Sequence record: AP025670.1
Reading direction: 5' to 3' (one strand)
Origin: a plasmid
DNA length: 64,000 nucleotides
Part shown: positions 8,685 to 17,605 of the stretch, in pieces
Numbering within the stretch: position 1 is the stretch's first letter
How the letters are laid out: every line of letters starts with the position of its first letter
Made by a program: the position numbers and the translations under genes
Notes under the pieces: model-generated
The model's database searches: none
Told to the model about the DNA's origin: nothing
Seen by the model: only the letters and a program-made list of their open reading frames with translations

Positions 8685-9434
8685 ATGAACTTCATAAGTA
8701 CCCTTATTCTTGCACTTATCCTACGAATTCTTTACCTCATATATCGAAAACGTAAGCCTAGTTTTTATACTGTTAGCTTGGTAATAATATCAGTTATTGT
8801 GTGGTCCGTTAAATCCTACCTATTGGACTATTACATTATCCCAACATCCTCTATGGCACCGACATTAAAAGCCGGTGATCTCATTTTTGCAAAGCCGGTT
8901 GACACGCAAAAAGAGCAATTGATGCGTGGAGATATCGTGATTTTCCGAGCTCCTGCATTCCCTTCATTCATTTATGTAAAACGCATAATCGGATTGGCTG
9001 GCGATACTATCACTTATGCCGATGATAAGTCAGTCCAGATCAACGGAAGGATGATCGGGCAGCTAAACCATCATAATGACCATACGAGTACCTATCAGGC
9101 GCTTCAGGAACGTAATGCGCAACAATATGAGTACGTCATTGATAACCGTAAACCATTCGTTAAGCCAATTTATACACAATGGGTAATCCCTGATGGATAT
9201 GTTTTTGTTCTTGGCGATAACAGGGATCACTCATGGGATTCACGGTTTTTTGAAAATGCAGTTGGAACTCCAAGGCATTTGCGAGGGCTTGTTAAAAAGG
9301 AACTTTTGATAAGCCGGTATTTAGCCACGGCTTTTACACTTGAGTTTATGAAAAGCGATTTTGATATAGGGGAGAATAGCTTAAAAGTAATTTCTGAAGC
9401 TCAAACGGCAGAGGGGAATGATGGGGATAAATAG
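8685..9434 (+). CDS. signal peptidase I (S26 family; LepB/TraF-like)
   Basis: N-terminal transmembrane segment. Catalytic-Ser box SSMAPTLKAGD. The KR in YVKRIIGLAGD and the motif GDNRDHSWDSRFF are conserved S26 boxes. Confidence 0.8.
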   Translation: MNFISTLILALILRILYLIYRKRKPSFYTVSLVIISVIVWSVKSYLLDYYIIPTSSMAPTLKAGDLIFAKPVDTQKEQLMRGDIVIFRAPAFPSFIYVKRIIGLAGDTITYADDKSVQINGRMIGQLNHHNDHTSTYQALQERNAQQYEYVIDNRKPFVKPIYTQWVIPDGYVFVLGDNRDHSWDSRFFENAVGTPRHLRGLVKKELLISRYLATAFTLEFMKSDFDIGENSLKVISEAQTAEGNDGDK

Positions 9435-9771
9435 AAGCTGTATCGCATTAGTTTGCTTTTTCTTGTCATCTTGTGGTTCTACCACAGGGGCGATCACTAC
9501 ACACGAGCATCTTGTGACGCAAGCCACACAAGATAAGCATGTCAGTTCAGGTGGCTTCGACAGAGTAGCTGATACCTATGTACTGGCAAGAGAGATTACT
9601 GGTCTTGAATCCAACGAAATAAAGCAACTCTATGAGGTGAAGGGGAGTGACAACACATTAATAAAAATTGATATGGCATCTATACCATGCTCGATATTGC
9701 TTAAAAAGAACACAAGTCAAAGTAGTGAGATTTGGCTTATAACTGATATGGGTTGCAATGAATATTTATAA
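9418..9771 (+). CDS. putative lipoprotein
   Basis: A signal peptide ending FFLSSCGS forms a lipobox-like Cys. Overlaps both neighbouring genes. Confidence 0.4.
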   Translation: MMGINRSCIALVCFFLSSCGSTTGAITTHEHLVTQATQDKHVSSGGFDRVADTYVLAREITGLESNEIKQLYEVKGSDNTLIKIDMASIPCSILLKKNTSQSSEIWLITDMGCNEYL

Positions 9772-10327
9772 AATCTCAGTAATCAGCTCCCTTTTATTTT
9801 CTTCTTTGTCATACAGCAAACCTATTTTTATAGGAGATTCACTTACCTATGAGATAGCTAAAGGGTACAGCACAATCCAAGCTGTTGATGCTCGATACAA
9901 AGTAGGTAGCGGATTATCCACAAAGAATATCCTTGATTGGCAGAGATACGCAGAGCAATTCAGTTTTGAAGAATACGATACCGTTTATGTGATTCTCGGT
10001 ACTAACGACCATGTTCAAATATCAGAAAAAGAAAAGTACACCTCTAAAGTTCGGCATTTTATCCAAACCATAAAAGCCAGAAACCAAAATGTAATCTGGT
10101 TACTTCCTCCAACCCTTAAAGACACCGCCAAAAACAGACTATTAGATAACACTCGGCAAGCCATAATGACGGCTTCGCAGATAGAGGGGATCACCACCGT
10201 AGATACACGAACGGTTCTTGGTGAAACATACAAGGATGTCATAGATGGGACAACAGTTCGCACAAAGGATGGAATACATATCACTCCAAACGGAGCCTTA
10301 CTTACCGTGACACAGCTACTATTTTAG
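9758..10327 (+). CDS. secreted SGNH/GDSL-family hydrolase
   Basis: Signal peptide, then block I IFIGDSLT (GDS(L)), and a C-terminal DGIHITPNG (DxxH catalytic block). Confidence 0.6.
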   Translation: MNIYKISVISSLLFSSLSYSKPIFIGDSLTYEIAKGYSTIQAVDARYKVGSGLSTKNILDWQRYAEQFSFEEYDTVYVILGTNDHVQISEKEKYTSKVRHFIQTIKARNQNVIWLLPPTLKDTAKNRLLDNTRQAIMTASQIEGITTVDTRTVLGETYKDVIDGTTVRTKDGIHITPNGALLTVTQLLF

Positions 10328-10344
10328 TAAATTGGAATGTTGTA

Positions 10345-11280
10345 ATGAGAAGAAAGCGTAGATTTAAGAAACGAAATCCCTATGTAACTAATATGAATAT
10401 TGCATTTATATTCTATATGACCACTCTGGTATTTCTTAGATTTGATTCTATTGCGAGAGTTTTAACTTTAGTAATACCTTTATTTGCTGTTTATATATTG
10501 TCACCTAGCAGCAAAATATTGAGGTTACACAAGAGAAAGAAACCTGAATGGGCTTCAGTGGGAATCAAAAGAAATGCCCCTCTATTAAACCCTCAAGTTG
10601 CATTAGTGATAATTGCTGTTACCACAATAACTGTATTTTTTCTTCGTTATGACCATGTAATAACAACGAAAATCATACAACTGATATGGGGAGATATAAA
10701 AACAGCATATGCTGATATTTTCGGGAAAAGCAGTGCGAATAAATTATTCTCTCTGAGGAATATCCCAGTTTGTACATATTATACATTCCATATATTACGT
10801 TCATGCGTTGCATTTCTGCTCGTGGCTTATTCAGCAAGTGTCTATTTTCGTTATAAACAACAAACTATGTTTAAAAAGGTACTTTTTAATGCCACCTATC
10901 ATGAAGATGCATTGCAATTTATCCGAGAATTATCATGGCGAGAATTTGAGGAATTTATAAGAGAGTTATTCAACAGCCTTGGGTACAGAGCTACTGTCAC
11001 TAATTATGGTCCAGATGGTGGGAAAGATATCATTATGGAACGTGATGGAATCAAAGTTTTCGCTCAATGCAAACACTGGAAATCTGACAATGTAGGTGTT
11101 GCTATCGCCCGTGAAATGGTTGGTGTACTAGAAGCAGAACCCGAATTTAAGCATGTATTTCTAGTCACATCAGGTAAGTTTTCTAACGATGCAGTTCTAT
11201 ACAGTCACAGAACATCTGACCGTCTGACACTCATGGACGGAAAAATGATAGCCGATAAATTATTGCTGTTAAGAAAGTAA
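10345..11280 (+). CDS. membrane-anchored Mrr-like (PD-(D/E)xK) restriction endonuclease-domain protein
   Basis: The N-terminal ~170 aa is hydrophobic with multiple transmembrane helices. The C-terminus SWREFEEFIRELFNSLGY...YGPDGGKDIIMERDGIKVFAQCKHWKSDNVGV matches the Mrr catalytic core (D...D/E-x-K). Confidence 0.6.
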   Translation: MRRKRRFKKRNPYVTNMNIAFIFYMTTLVFLRFDSIARVLTLVIPLFAVYILSPSSKILRLHKRKKPEWASVGIKRNAPLLNPQVALVIIAVTTITVFFLRYDHVITTKIIQLIWGDIKTAYADIFGKSSANKLFSLRNIPVCTYYTFHILRSCVAFLLVAYSASVYFRYKQQTMFKKVLFNATYHEDALQFIRELSWREFEEFIRELFNSLGYRATVTNYGPDGGKDIIMERDGIKVFAQCKHWKSDNVGVAIAREMVGVLEAEPEFKHVFLVTSGKFSNDAVLYSHRTSDRLTLMDGKMIADKLLLLRK

Positions 11281-11357
11281 TCCGCTTTTAGAACCTTTGC
11301 GCCCTATTCGTAGGGCGTAATTCTATAACATATATCAGATACACGTAACACAGATTA

Positions 11358-12332
11358 TTGAGGCTCAAAATGACGGATGTTTCTTCCAATGCAAAAAAAA
11401 ATGAAAGTAAAAAAGGACTTGGTTTTCTTCTGAATAAAAAATCCATGATTGCAGTTGCAGTTGCAGCAGGTGCAATAGCAGTATTTGTTTTACTCAAACC
11501 AGCAACAGACACGACAGAAATTGATGTTAATTATTATAGTGACGTTGAAACCTCTATTCCTGTTTTTAACAATCCCAAAGAGGCAGAACCAGAATCGAAC
11601 AGTGCCGAGAACGTAACTAAAACCGATTCTCCGGCATCAGAGGTTAAATCCGACTCTGTTACAGGAGATGTTGCTAAGACGCTCTCAGAAGCAGAACAGG
11701 AGCATTCTGACGTAACAGAAACACAGAATCCATCAGATAGCGAACAAAGCATTAATGGCATGCTTGAGCATGTTAGCGAAGCTGCTACTTCAGTAGTGGA
11801 ACACACTCAGGCATTAAGTACAAACTTTACAGGTCAACCACCTGCACCGGCAGCTCAGGAGCTCAGTGATGTGTATTACAGCAATCAGGCTCCAACACAG
11901 CAACAAGACTTTAAAAACGTATTTGATGCAGCATTGGAAGAAAGAAACAAACGCCTTGAAAATGACCAAAACCTCGACTATGTAGGGAAGCAATTAACGA
12001 TCCCATACGCGCCAAATTCACAAACTAAAGTCTATCTCTACCGTAATTTTGCAGTGAAAATTTTCCTACCTGCACAATCCGAAGCCGTTAAAGAGCTCAA
12101 TTACTTCATCAATGGCTCAGACCATGACGATCATTTCGACATCAAATTATTACCAAATAACATTTTGCTCTTATCGAAAAAGCCAAGTTCTGAAGTGTGG
12201 GGCGGCACAGACTTATTCATCACTCATGGTAAACAAAATTATACATTTATATTACTTAGTGCGAAAAACCCTGATGAAAGAACTGATTCTATTCATTATG
12301 AAAAAGTAAGCGCAAACACAACCAATAAGTGA
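11358..12332 (+). CDS. hypothetical protein with an N-terminal transmembrane segment and an acidic, low-complexity S/E/T-rich middle region
   Basis: 324 aa. Transmembrane helix AVAVAAGAIAVFVLL, then an acidic region. Followed by a strong terminator. Confidence 0.4.
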   Translation: MRLKMTDVSSNAKKNESKKGLGFLLNKKSMIAVAVAAGAIAVFVLLKPATDTTEIDVNYYSDVETSIPVFNNPKEAEPESNSAENVTKTDSPASEVKSDSVTGDVAKTLSEAEQEHSDVTETQNPSDSEQSINGMLEHVSEAATSVVEHTQALSTNFTGQPPAPAAQELSDVYYSNQAPTQQQDFKNVFDAALEERNKRLENDQNLDYVGKQLTIPYAPNSQTKVYLYRNFAVKIFLPAQSEAVKELNYFINGSDHDDHFDIKLLPNNILLLSKKPSSEVWGGTDLFITHGKQNYTFILLSAKNPDERTDSIHYEKVSANTTNK

Positions 12333-12354
12333 TCGTTAACTCTCCAAAACTACC

Positions 12355-12379
12355 TTACAGCCCCTTTTTGGGGCTTTTT
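12355..12379 (+). terminator. rho-independent terminator
   Basis: cagcccctttttggggcttttttgg: a GC stem followed by a T-run, directly after the stop at 12332. Confidence 0.6.
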
Positions 12380-12389
12380 TGGATTCAAA

Positions 12390-12947
12390 ATGGAAAAATA
12401 CACGAGTCTGAGAACAATAGCTGACGATATTCAGATGTACCCATATTCATATCTATTATGCCGACAATTATTAAAAAAGGGATACATCGAGGGCGAGGCT
12501 GTGATTGGTATCTATAAGCAAGAACTGGTCCACACTCCGGAGACAGATTTAGCTTACACAAACAGCATTTTGCAATACTCATGGATCGAGACAAAGGCTC
12601 ATACCGTCATAGACCCTTTAATTGATTTTCGCGACGGAAACCGAGAAATTAACCTAATCGAGAGAGACAAAACACCAAATTACCATGCAGGCGTAAATCC
12701 CTTGAAAATTACGAAGGAATTACTTCCAGAACATCGTTGCTCTGATGAAGTGTTTACACTAATGAGAGGGGCTGAATCAGAGGCTATGAGGCGAATTTTA
12801 GGTTTAGAACAAAACCCCAATGGGATCACAATGACTGAAGCGGCTTACATAGCAAATTATCATACGTGTGATTACTTAGGATATGATAGGATTATTTTGA
12901 ATTTTTTTATTAAACACAAATTAACACCAATCATAATAAACGAATAG
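12390..12947 (+). CDS. hypothetical protein
   Basis: 185-aa ORF with no recognised motif. Confidence 0.35.
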   Translation: MEKYTSLRTIADDIQMYPYSYLLCRQLLKKGYIEGEAVIGIYKQELVHTPETDLAYTNSILQYSWIETKAHTVIDPLIDFRDGNREINLIERDKTPNYHAGVNPLKITKELLPEHRCSDEVFTLMRGAESEAMRRILGLEQNPNGITMTEAAYIANYHTCDYLGYDRIILNFFIKHKLTPIIINE

Positions 12948-12995
12948 TCGCTGCTTTATTCAAGAGTGAAACATAAACCATATAAGAGATAAATT

Positions 12996-13310
12996 ATGCC
13001 AGATTTAGAATATTACTTACTTTCCCCTGCTTCACACAAAGGTGTAGAAAACGAACATGCAAACTCAGGTAGAATGTTAGACCGATATTTGAATACTAAT
13101 GGTCGCTGGAGTGCATTTCCACCCAAGAAGAATATTAGCTTATTATATTGGAGCTCAAGAGAGGAAATATTAAAAGCCGCAGAAATAGCAATCAATTCAG
13201 GGCGAGATGTGCATATTTGCAAAATATCAACAAATGGAAAAGTAAACCAAGATAGAATGATTAATTACAACGAAAATCATTTACCCTGCCTAACAGGATA
13301 TATAAAGTAA
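12996..13310 (+). CDS. hypothetical protein
   Basis: 104-aa ORF with no recognised motif. Confidence 0.3.
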   Translation: MPDLEYYLLSPASHKGVENEHANSGRMLDRYLNTNGRWSAFPPKKNISLLYWSSREEILKAAEIAINSGRDVHICKISTNGKVNQDRMINYNENHLPCLTGYIK

Positions 13311-13361
13311 CTACTAGCAAAATTAAATGCAGATATGTGGAATATATCTGCATTTATTTGT

Positions 13362-13799
13362 TTATTTTATAAATTTAAATTTATGCTCATCTGATTTAGA
13401 ACAATGTTTTTTATCACAAAACTCTCTTTCTTTGTTTATAAACTCACCTAGATATGTGTAAAATCCATCCGGTTCTTCATTTACAGATTTTTTTAATTTT
13501 TCGTATGCCTCTTGGTTCATCGGCGTATACTTCAATAGCAATTGGTCTAAGTATTCAATTTTATTACTTGCTATTTTTCTGCCAAATACTCTATATGCTA
13601 TATATCCAGCTAACAATGATAGAAATAATGATAGCCACAGATTAAATTCAGCTTTCAAAGGTAGAAAAAAAATTAATAAGAAAAATATCAAGGCTGCGGG
13701 TCCATACGATGCTTTTGCCAATTCTCGGTTTACTGTCATTTCATCTAGTTCATAGCATCGTTGAATTTGGTTAAGACTGGTTCTATTTTTCTTTGACAT
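13362..13799 (-). CDS. hypothetical membrane protein
   Basis: 145 aa with two central hydrophobic helices. Confidence 0.35.
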   Translation of the reverse strand: MSKKNRTSLNQIQRCYELDEMTVNRELAKASYGPAALIFFLLIFFLPLKAEFNLWLSLFLSLLAGYIAYRVFGRKIASNKIEYLDQLLLKYTPMNQEAYEKLKKSVNEEPDGFYTYLGEFINKEREFCDKKHCSKSDEHKFKFIK

Positions 13800-13856
13800 A
13801 CTAAATCCTCTTACTGCTGATAGTATTATATTAATTACTATTAATGAAAAAGTTGG

Positions 13857-15392
13857 TTAGATTTGTGTTGTACTATTTAAAAAAATGTGTAGTTCTTCCG
13901 GAGTTACTATTGGAATGTTTCTTTTTTTGTCTTTTCTATATTTTATTAATGAAATTATTTCCATAATTACCATTGATACCGATAGAGCTTTCGTAGCTCT
14001 GGTTACTGCAACGTATAACAAATTTAATTCATCATTAATAAATATTAGATTCTGTTTTTGTTTTGGTGTTTTCTCAATATATTCAACTAATGAAACATAA
14101 TCATCATCAATCTCAATATATTCCCATTCAAGTCCTTTCGATGAATGTGCAGTTACAAGCGTTAAATCAGCATCATTGTAATTATTAACTGCTGCTTCTT
14201 TAATTTTATCAACCAGCTCTAGAATATCAGGCTCATTTTCAATTAGGTGTATCGTCCTTTTCAACGTATTGTCGCCTGAGTTCTCTGCAACGCTTACAAC
14301 CCGATCCCAATTTGGATAGTCGTATAAAAATGCTTTTCTCTTAATCATTTTAGTATTGCCGATATACAGATAGTAAAAATCAGCAATATCGTCTAAAGCA
14401 TACCTATCAATACCACCTACGAAGAACACTTTTTTACCGTTTCTTCCAGCGTCAATTGCATTGATCAACACAGATAGATTGGTGCGTGAAATCACAGTTC
14501 TAGGGAAGATATTCTTGATTTCAGCTTTATTTATGAGCTTATCAGTAATACCGGTCGTTTTAAGGCTTACAGTCTCCCCTTTTAACATCAGTATGGCATT
14601 TGCGATAGCTGCTACACATCGTCCAAACCGATATGACGTAGTTAGACGCAATATCTGAGCTCCATCACGTACAGAGGCATCTAGGGCATCATTTGCCCCA
14701 CGCCAGCGGTTGATCATCTGGTGCGTATCACCTACAAAGATTCGTTTGCATTCACATTTATCTAGCATTGCCTTCGTTACTAAGTTGGCATCCTGTGCTT
14801 CATCAAACAAAATGATATCGAACCATGTATGTAGGGGAGGGGCTACTAACTGAAAATATTTTATGTAAAAGTCAGGGGGAGCAGGGAAGTCACTGTTAGG
14901 GTCAGCTTGTAATTCAAAAATGAGTTTTGCATTTTCTAATGCGCATTTCCTAACATTTTCAGCATGTTTTTTACCATTCCCTGTGTTCTCTGTTGGAACG
15001 TGATGTATCTGTAACGAATAATCAGCAGACCTATAATAATTATTTAGAGTCTCGATTATGAGAAATTGCAATTGAACAGATGTAATATTTAGTAGCCGAG
15101 CCACATCGAACCCATTGAAATTAAACTTCATTTTGTACTTCAATTTTTTCAAATACCGATATGCCATTGCATGAGTGGTGATCACTTTGGTATTAGAAGG
15201 AAATTTTTGTGATGCTTCTATCTGTATGCCTTTGTTGTAAGCTAAGTACAAAATACGTTTATCCGGATTACGCTTTGCCAATTGAGTCAATATGAACGTT
15301 TTGCCTGAACCTGCATAAGCCTGACAGCAAATATACTTTTCTTCAGAGGCTAAAATGGCTTCTTGTTCTTGAGATAAGATTATCTTTGACAT
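13857..15392 (-). CDS. small UvrD/Rep-like SF1 DNA helicase (paralog of the helicase at 50102..51613)
   Basis: Walker A AYAGSGKTF, then RILYLAYN, DEAQD (Walker B) and a C-terminal VTAHSSKGLEW. Clearly homologous to the 510-aa helicase in the backbone segment. Confidence 0.7.
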   Translation of the reverse strand: MSKIILSQEQEAILASEEKYICCQAYAGSGKTFILTQLAKRNPDKRILYLAYNKGIQIEASQKFPSNTKVITTHAMAYRYLKKLKYKMKFNFNGFDVARLLNITSVQLQFLIIETLNNYYRSADYSLQIHHVPTENTGNGKKHAENVRKCALENAKLIFELQADPNSDFPAPPDFYIKYFQLVAPPLHTWFDIILFDEAQDANLVTKAMLDKCECKRIFVGDTHQMINRWRGANDALDASVRDGAQILRLTTSYRFGRCVAAIANAILMLKGETVSLKTTGITDKLINKAEIKNIFPRTVISRTNLSVLINAIDAGRNGKKVFFVGGIDRYALDDIADFYYLYIGNTKMIKRKAFLYDYPNWDRVVSVAENSGDNTLKRTIHLIENEPDILELVDKIKEAAVNNYNDADLTLVTAHSSKGLEWEYIEIDDDYVSLVEYIEKTPKQKQNLIFINDELNLLYVAVTRATKALSVSMVIMEIISLIKYRKDKKRNIPIVTPEELHIFLNSTTQI

Positions 15393-15600
15393 GAAAATGC
15401 CTTTATATCATTATGTTACAGTTAACATAACATAATTGCGTAATGGTTTTTAGCGAAAGGGAATGTAATCCTTCCCCAAAGATTACTGTCTATTGTTTTT
15501 GTGCCCCGCAGATCCTATGCTGATATCCAAGTGGGGTTATGGATACACAAGAGAGTATCCGGATGGTGATTTTAATATCCATTAATATTACTCAGATAAA

Positions 15601-15632
15601 AAAAGCCGTATTCTCATACGGCTTTTCTTTGA
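15601..15632 (-). terminator. rho-independent terminator of the pilin-like gene
   Basis: On the minus strand: aagccgtatgagaatacggctttttttatc, immediately after the stop at 15647. Confidence 0.55.
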
Positions 15633-15646
15633 GTTGCTGCTTTCTA

Positions 15647-16006
15647 CTACAATATCGGTAATGCCGTTGTTACTGCAACAGATGAAGTCATGATACCGTT
15701 GATGATATCCGGAGCATAGTACAGACCAATTGCCGCACCAACCGCCACTGCAAAGGTCATTAACGACTGACGAACAACCGCCGCAGCAATACCAACAACT
15801 ACAATCAGCCCCACTAACACACGACCTAATGACCCCTGCATATATGCAGTAATTTGCATCCATACTTCTTTGAAACCGGACTGTTCGGTTCCTTTGCCAT
15901 AGGCAAACATAACTGCCAGTGCCGCTACACATAACACTGCGAAAACCACGAAAAGCACTTTTTTGGTATCAATTTTCGGCATGGCACATGTTTTTACTAA
16001 TTGCAT
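15647..16006 (-). CDS. TrbC/VirB2-family conjugative pilin-like protein
   Basis: 120 aa from the ATG preceded by GAAGGG. A signal-like N-terminus, then two hydrophobic helices separated by a short basic loop, as in TrbC (RP4). Assignment by architecture only. Confidence 0.45.
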   Translation of the reverse strand: MQLVKTCAMPKIDTKKVLFVVFAVLCVAALAVMFAYGKGTEQSGFKEVWMQITAYMQGSLGRVLVGLIVVVGIAAAVVRQSLMTFAVAVGAAIGLYYAPDIINGIMTSSVAVTTALPIL

Positions 16007-16119
16007 ATCTAACCCTTCTATATTTACAGTATTAAAATGACAGCAAACTACTATCAACGTGGATTTTACATTTACTAATTAATATTTATCTTTTATAAGG
16101 TTACTAAAACGAATTGGTT

Positions 16120-16926
16120 TTATTGTGATTTTTTCATCATAGCTTCGATGGTGTTTACAAACATATCCATTGGTACAGCACCTTCTATCACACGTTTTTC
16201 TCCAGTTTTATTATCAACTATTACCGTTGTAGGTGTGCCTGAAACACCAAGAGAACGGCTTTCTGCCTTGTCTTTATCTAAAGTTAACTTTACAGAGTCA
16301 GTTTTAAGACATGTGTTATACGCAACAGGGTCTAACTCAAACATTCCGATCATATCTGCGGTAGCAAAATCAAATTCATGATTCCCCCACATTGAAATGA
16401 TCTTCCAGTGATTGTCAGTGTTTTGAGCACCAGCACAGAGCATTTTCACGGCATAATCAGTAGCATTTGGCTCGTGGAATGGTAGAGGGCTGTTTTTCCA
16501 TTTCCAATTGACTAAACCACCATTCGCCTTATCAACTAGTGTTTTAGGAGTAGATGCGAAACGTTGGCAATATGGACATTGGAAATCCATGTATGTTACA
16601 AGTGAAAATCTCGCATTCTCATTGCCATAAGTTAGTGTGTTGGAATCAAGCTGGACTTGGGAAAGATTGAGATTTGGTTCTTCAGGTTGAGCTTCAGGCT
16701 GTTGGACCGGCTCAGTATTTTCAGACAGAGACAAAATTTTGCTTAAAGACTGGTTTACACCAGCACTTTCTGTTTTTGTAGCATTTTGAATAGTAATTGA
16801 CGAAGCCAATAGTATATTAGTTTGCTTTAGCTCACTTGTGGTTAAATAGGTACTGGTTATTCCTACGCCAACTATTGTAGTTAAAAGTGCAATCACTGAT
16901 TTTTGATACGTTGATAATTTATTCAT
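16120..16926 (-). CDS. DsbA/DsbG-like thiol:disulfide oxidoreductase (CPYC active site)
   Basis: N-terminal signal or transmembrane segment. The motif FQCPYCQRF is a thioredoxin-fold CxxC. Common in conjugative-transfer regions. Confidence 0.65.
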   Translation of the reverse strand: MNKLSTYQKSVIALLTTIVGVGITSTYLTTSELKQTNILLASSITIQNATKTESAGVNQSLSKILSLSENTEPVQQPEAQPEEPNLNLSQVQLDSNTLTYGNENARFSLVTYMDFQCPYCQRFASTPKTLVDKANGGLVNWKWKNSPLPFHEPNATDYAVKMLCAGAQNTDNHWKIISMWGNHEFDFATADMIGMFELDPVAYNTCLKTDSVKLTLDKDKAESRSLGVSGTPTTVIVDNKTGEKRVIEGAVPMDMFVNTIEAMMKKSQ

Positions 16927-16942
16927 AATGAAAAATACCTTT

Positions 16943-17584
16943 CTACTTTATTGCAGGTGATGGTTCGTTTTGGTTATCAATATAGATTTTCATTCGATAG
17001 TTTTTGAGAGAGTCAGGCTCTCCATTTTGTAAAATAACTAATTCTTCATTAGTTAATTTATACTCTGGATCAGAACAGTATTTTTCTTTGATACGAATAT
17101 ATTCATTCCGAGATTTTTTATTCTCAGGCGTTTCCTTCAGAAAATAATTTCGTGAATTTTCACCACAGAACGATGGTAATTCAGGTTTGGTATAAACGTT
17201 CGATGAACTACTGCGAGCTAAACTACTTATTAACAGGTCTGTATGAAAGCTACGGTCCACAGGAATATGTTTTTTACCTTGGTCGTAGATCTCGTATGGT
17301 GATGCAATTACGTGCCTGTAACCTTGCTGTCGCAATGATGCGCCACCTCTATTCGTATCTTTCCAATTTTCGCGATATGTATAGTCAGCAGGATAAGTAG
17401 CCGTTACTGCTTTTCGAGCAATTTGCTTATCAATTACGTCATTCGCTGTACCGCCATAACCCGATTCAATGCTAATTGTGGATGTTTTTACATAATTTCC
17501 ACACCCAAATATGGGCTTATCTGCGCTACTACAACCTGATAAGGATGTTGCAAGCAGACAACAAAATATAAATGACTTTTTCAT
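16943..17584 (-). CDS. putative lipoprotein
   Basis: Lipobox in MKKSFIFCCLLATSLSGCSS. Confidence 0.45.
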   Translation of the reverse strand: MKKSFIFCCLLATSLSGCSSADKPIFGCGNYVKTSTISIESGYGGTANDVIDKQIARKAVTATYPADYTYRENWKDTNRGGASLRQQGYRHVIASPYEIYDQGKKHIPVDRSFHTDLLISSLARSSSSNVYTKPELPSFCGENSRNYFLKETPENKKSRNEYIRIKEKYCSDPEYKLTNEELVILQNGEPDSLKNYRMKIYIDNQNEPSPAIK

Positions 17585-17605
17585 CTAAGTTCCTCACTGA
17601 AGATC

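Noticed and set aside
15588-15932. 114-aa Cys/Trp-rich ORF overlapping the pilin-like gene in another frame
   Set aside because: The overlapping frame with a signal peptide plus two transmembrane helices and its own RBS and terminator is the coherent gene.
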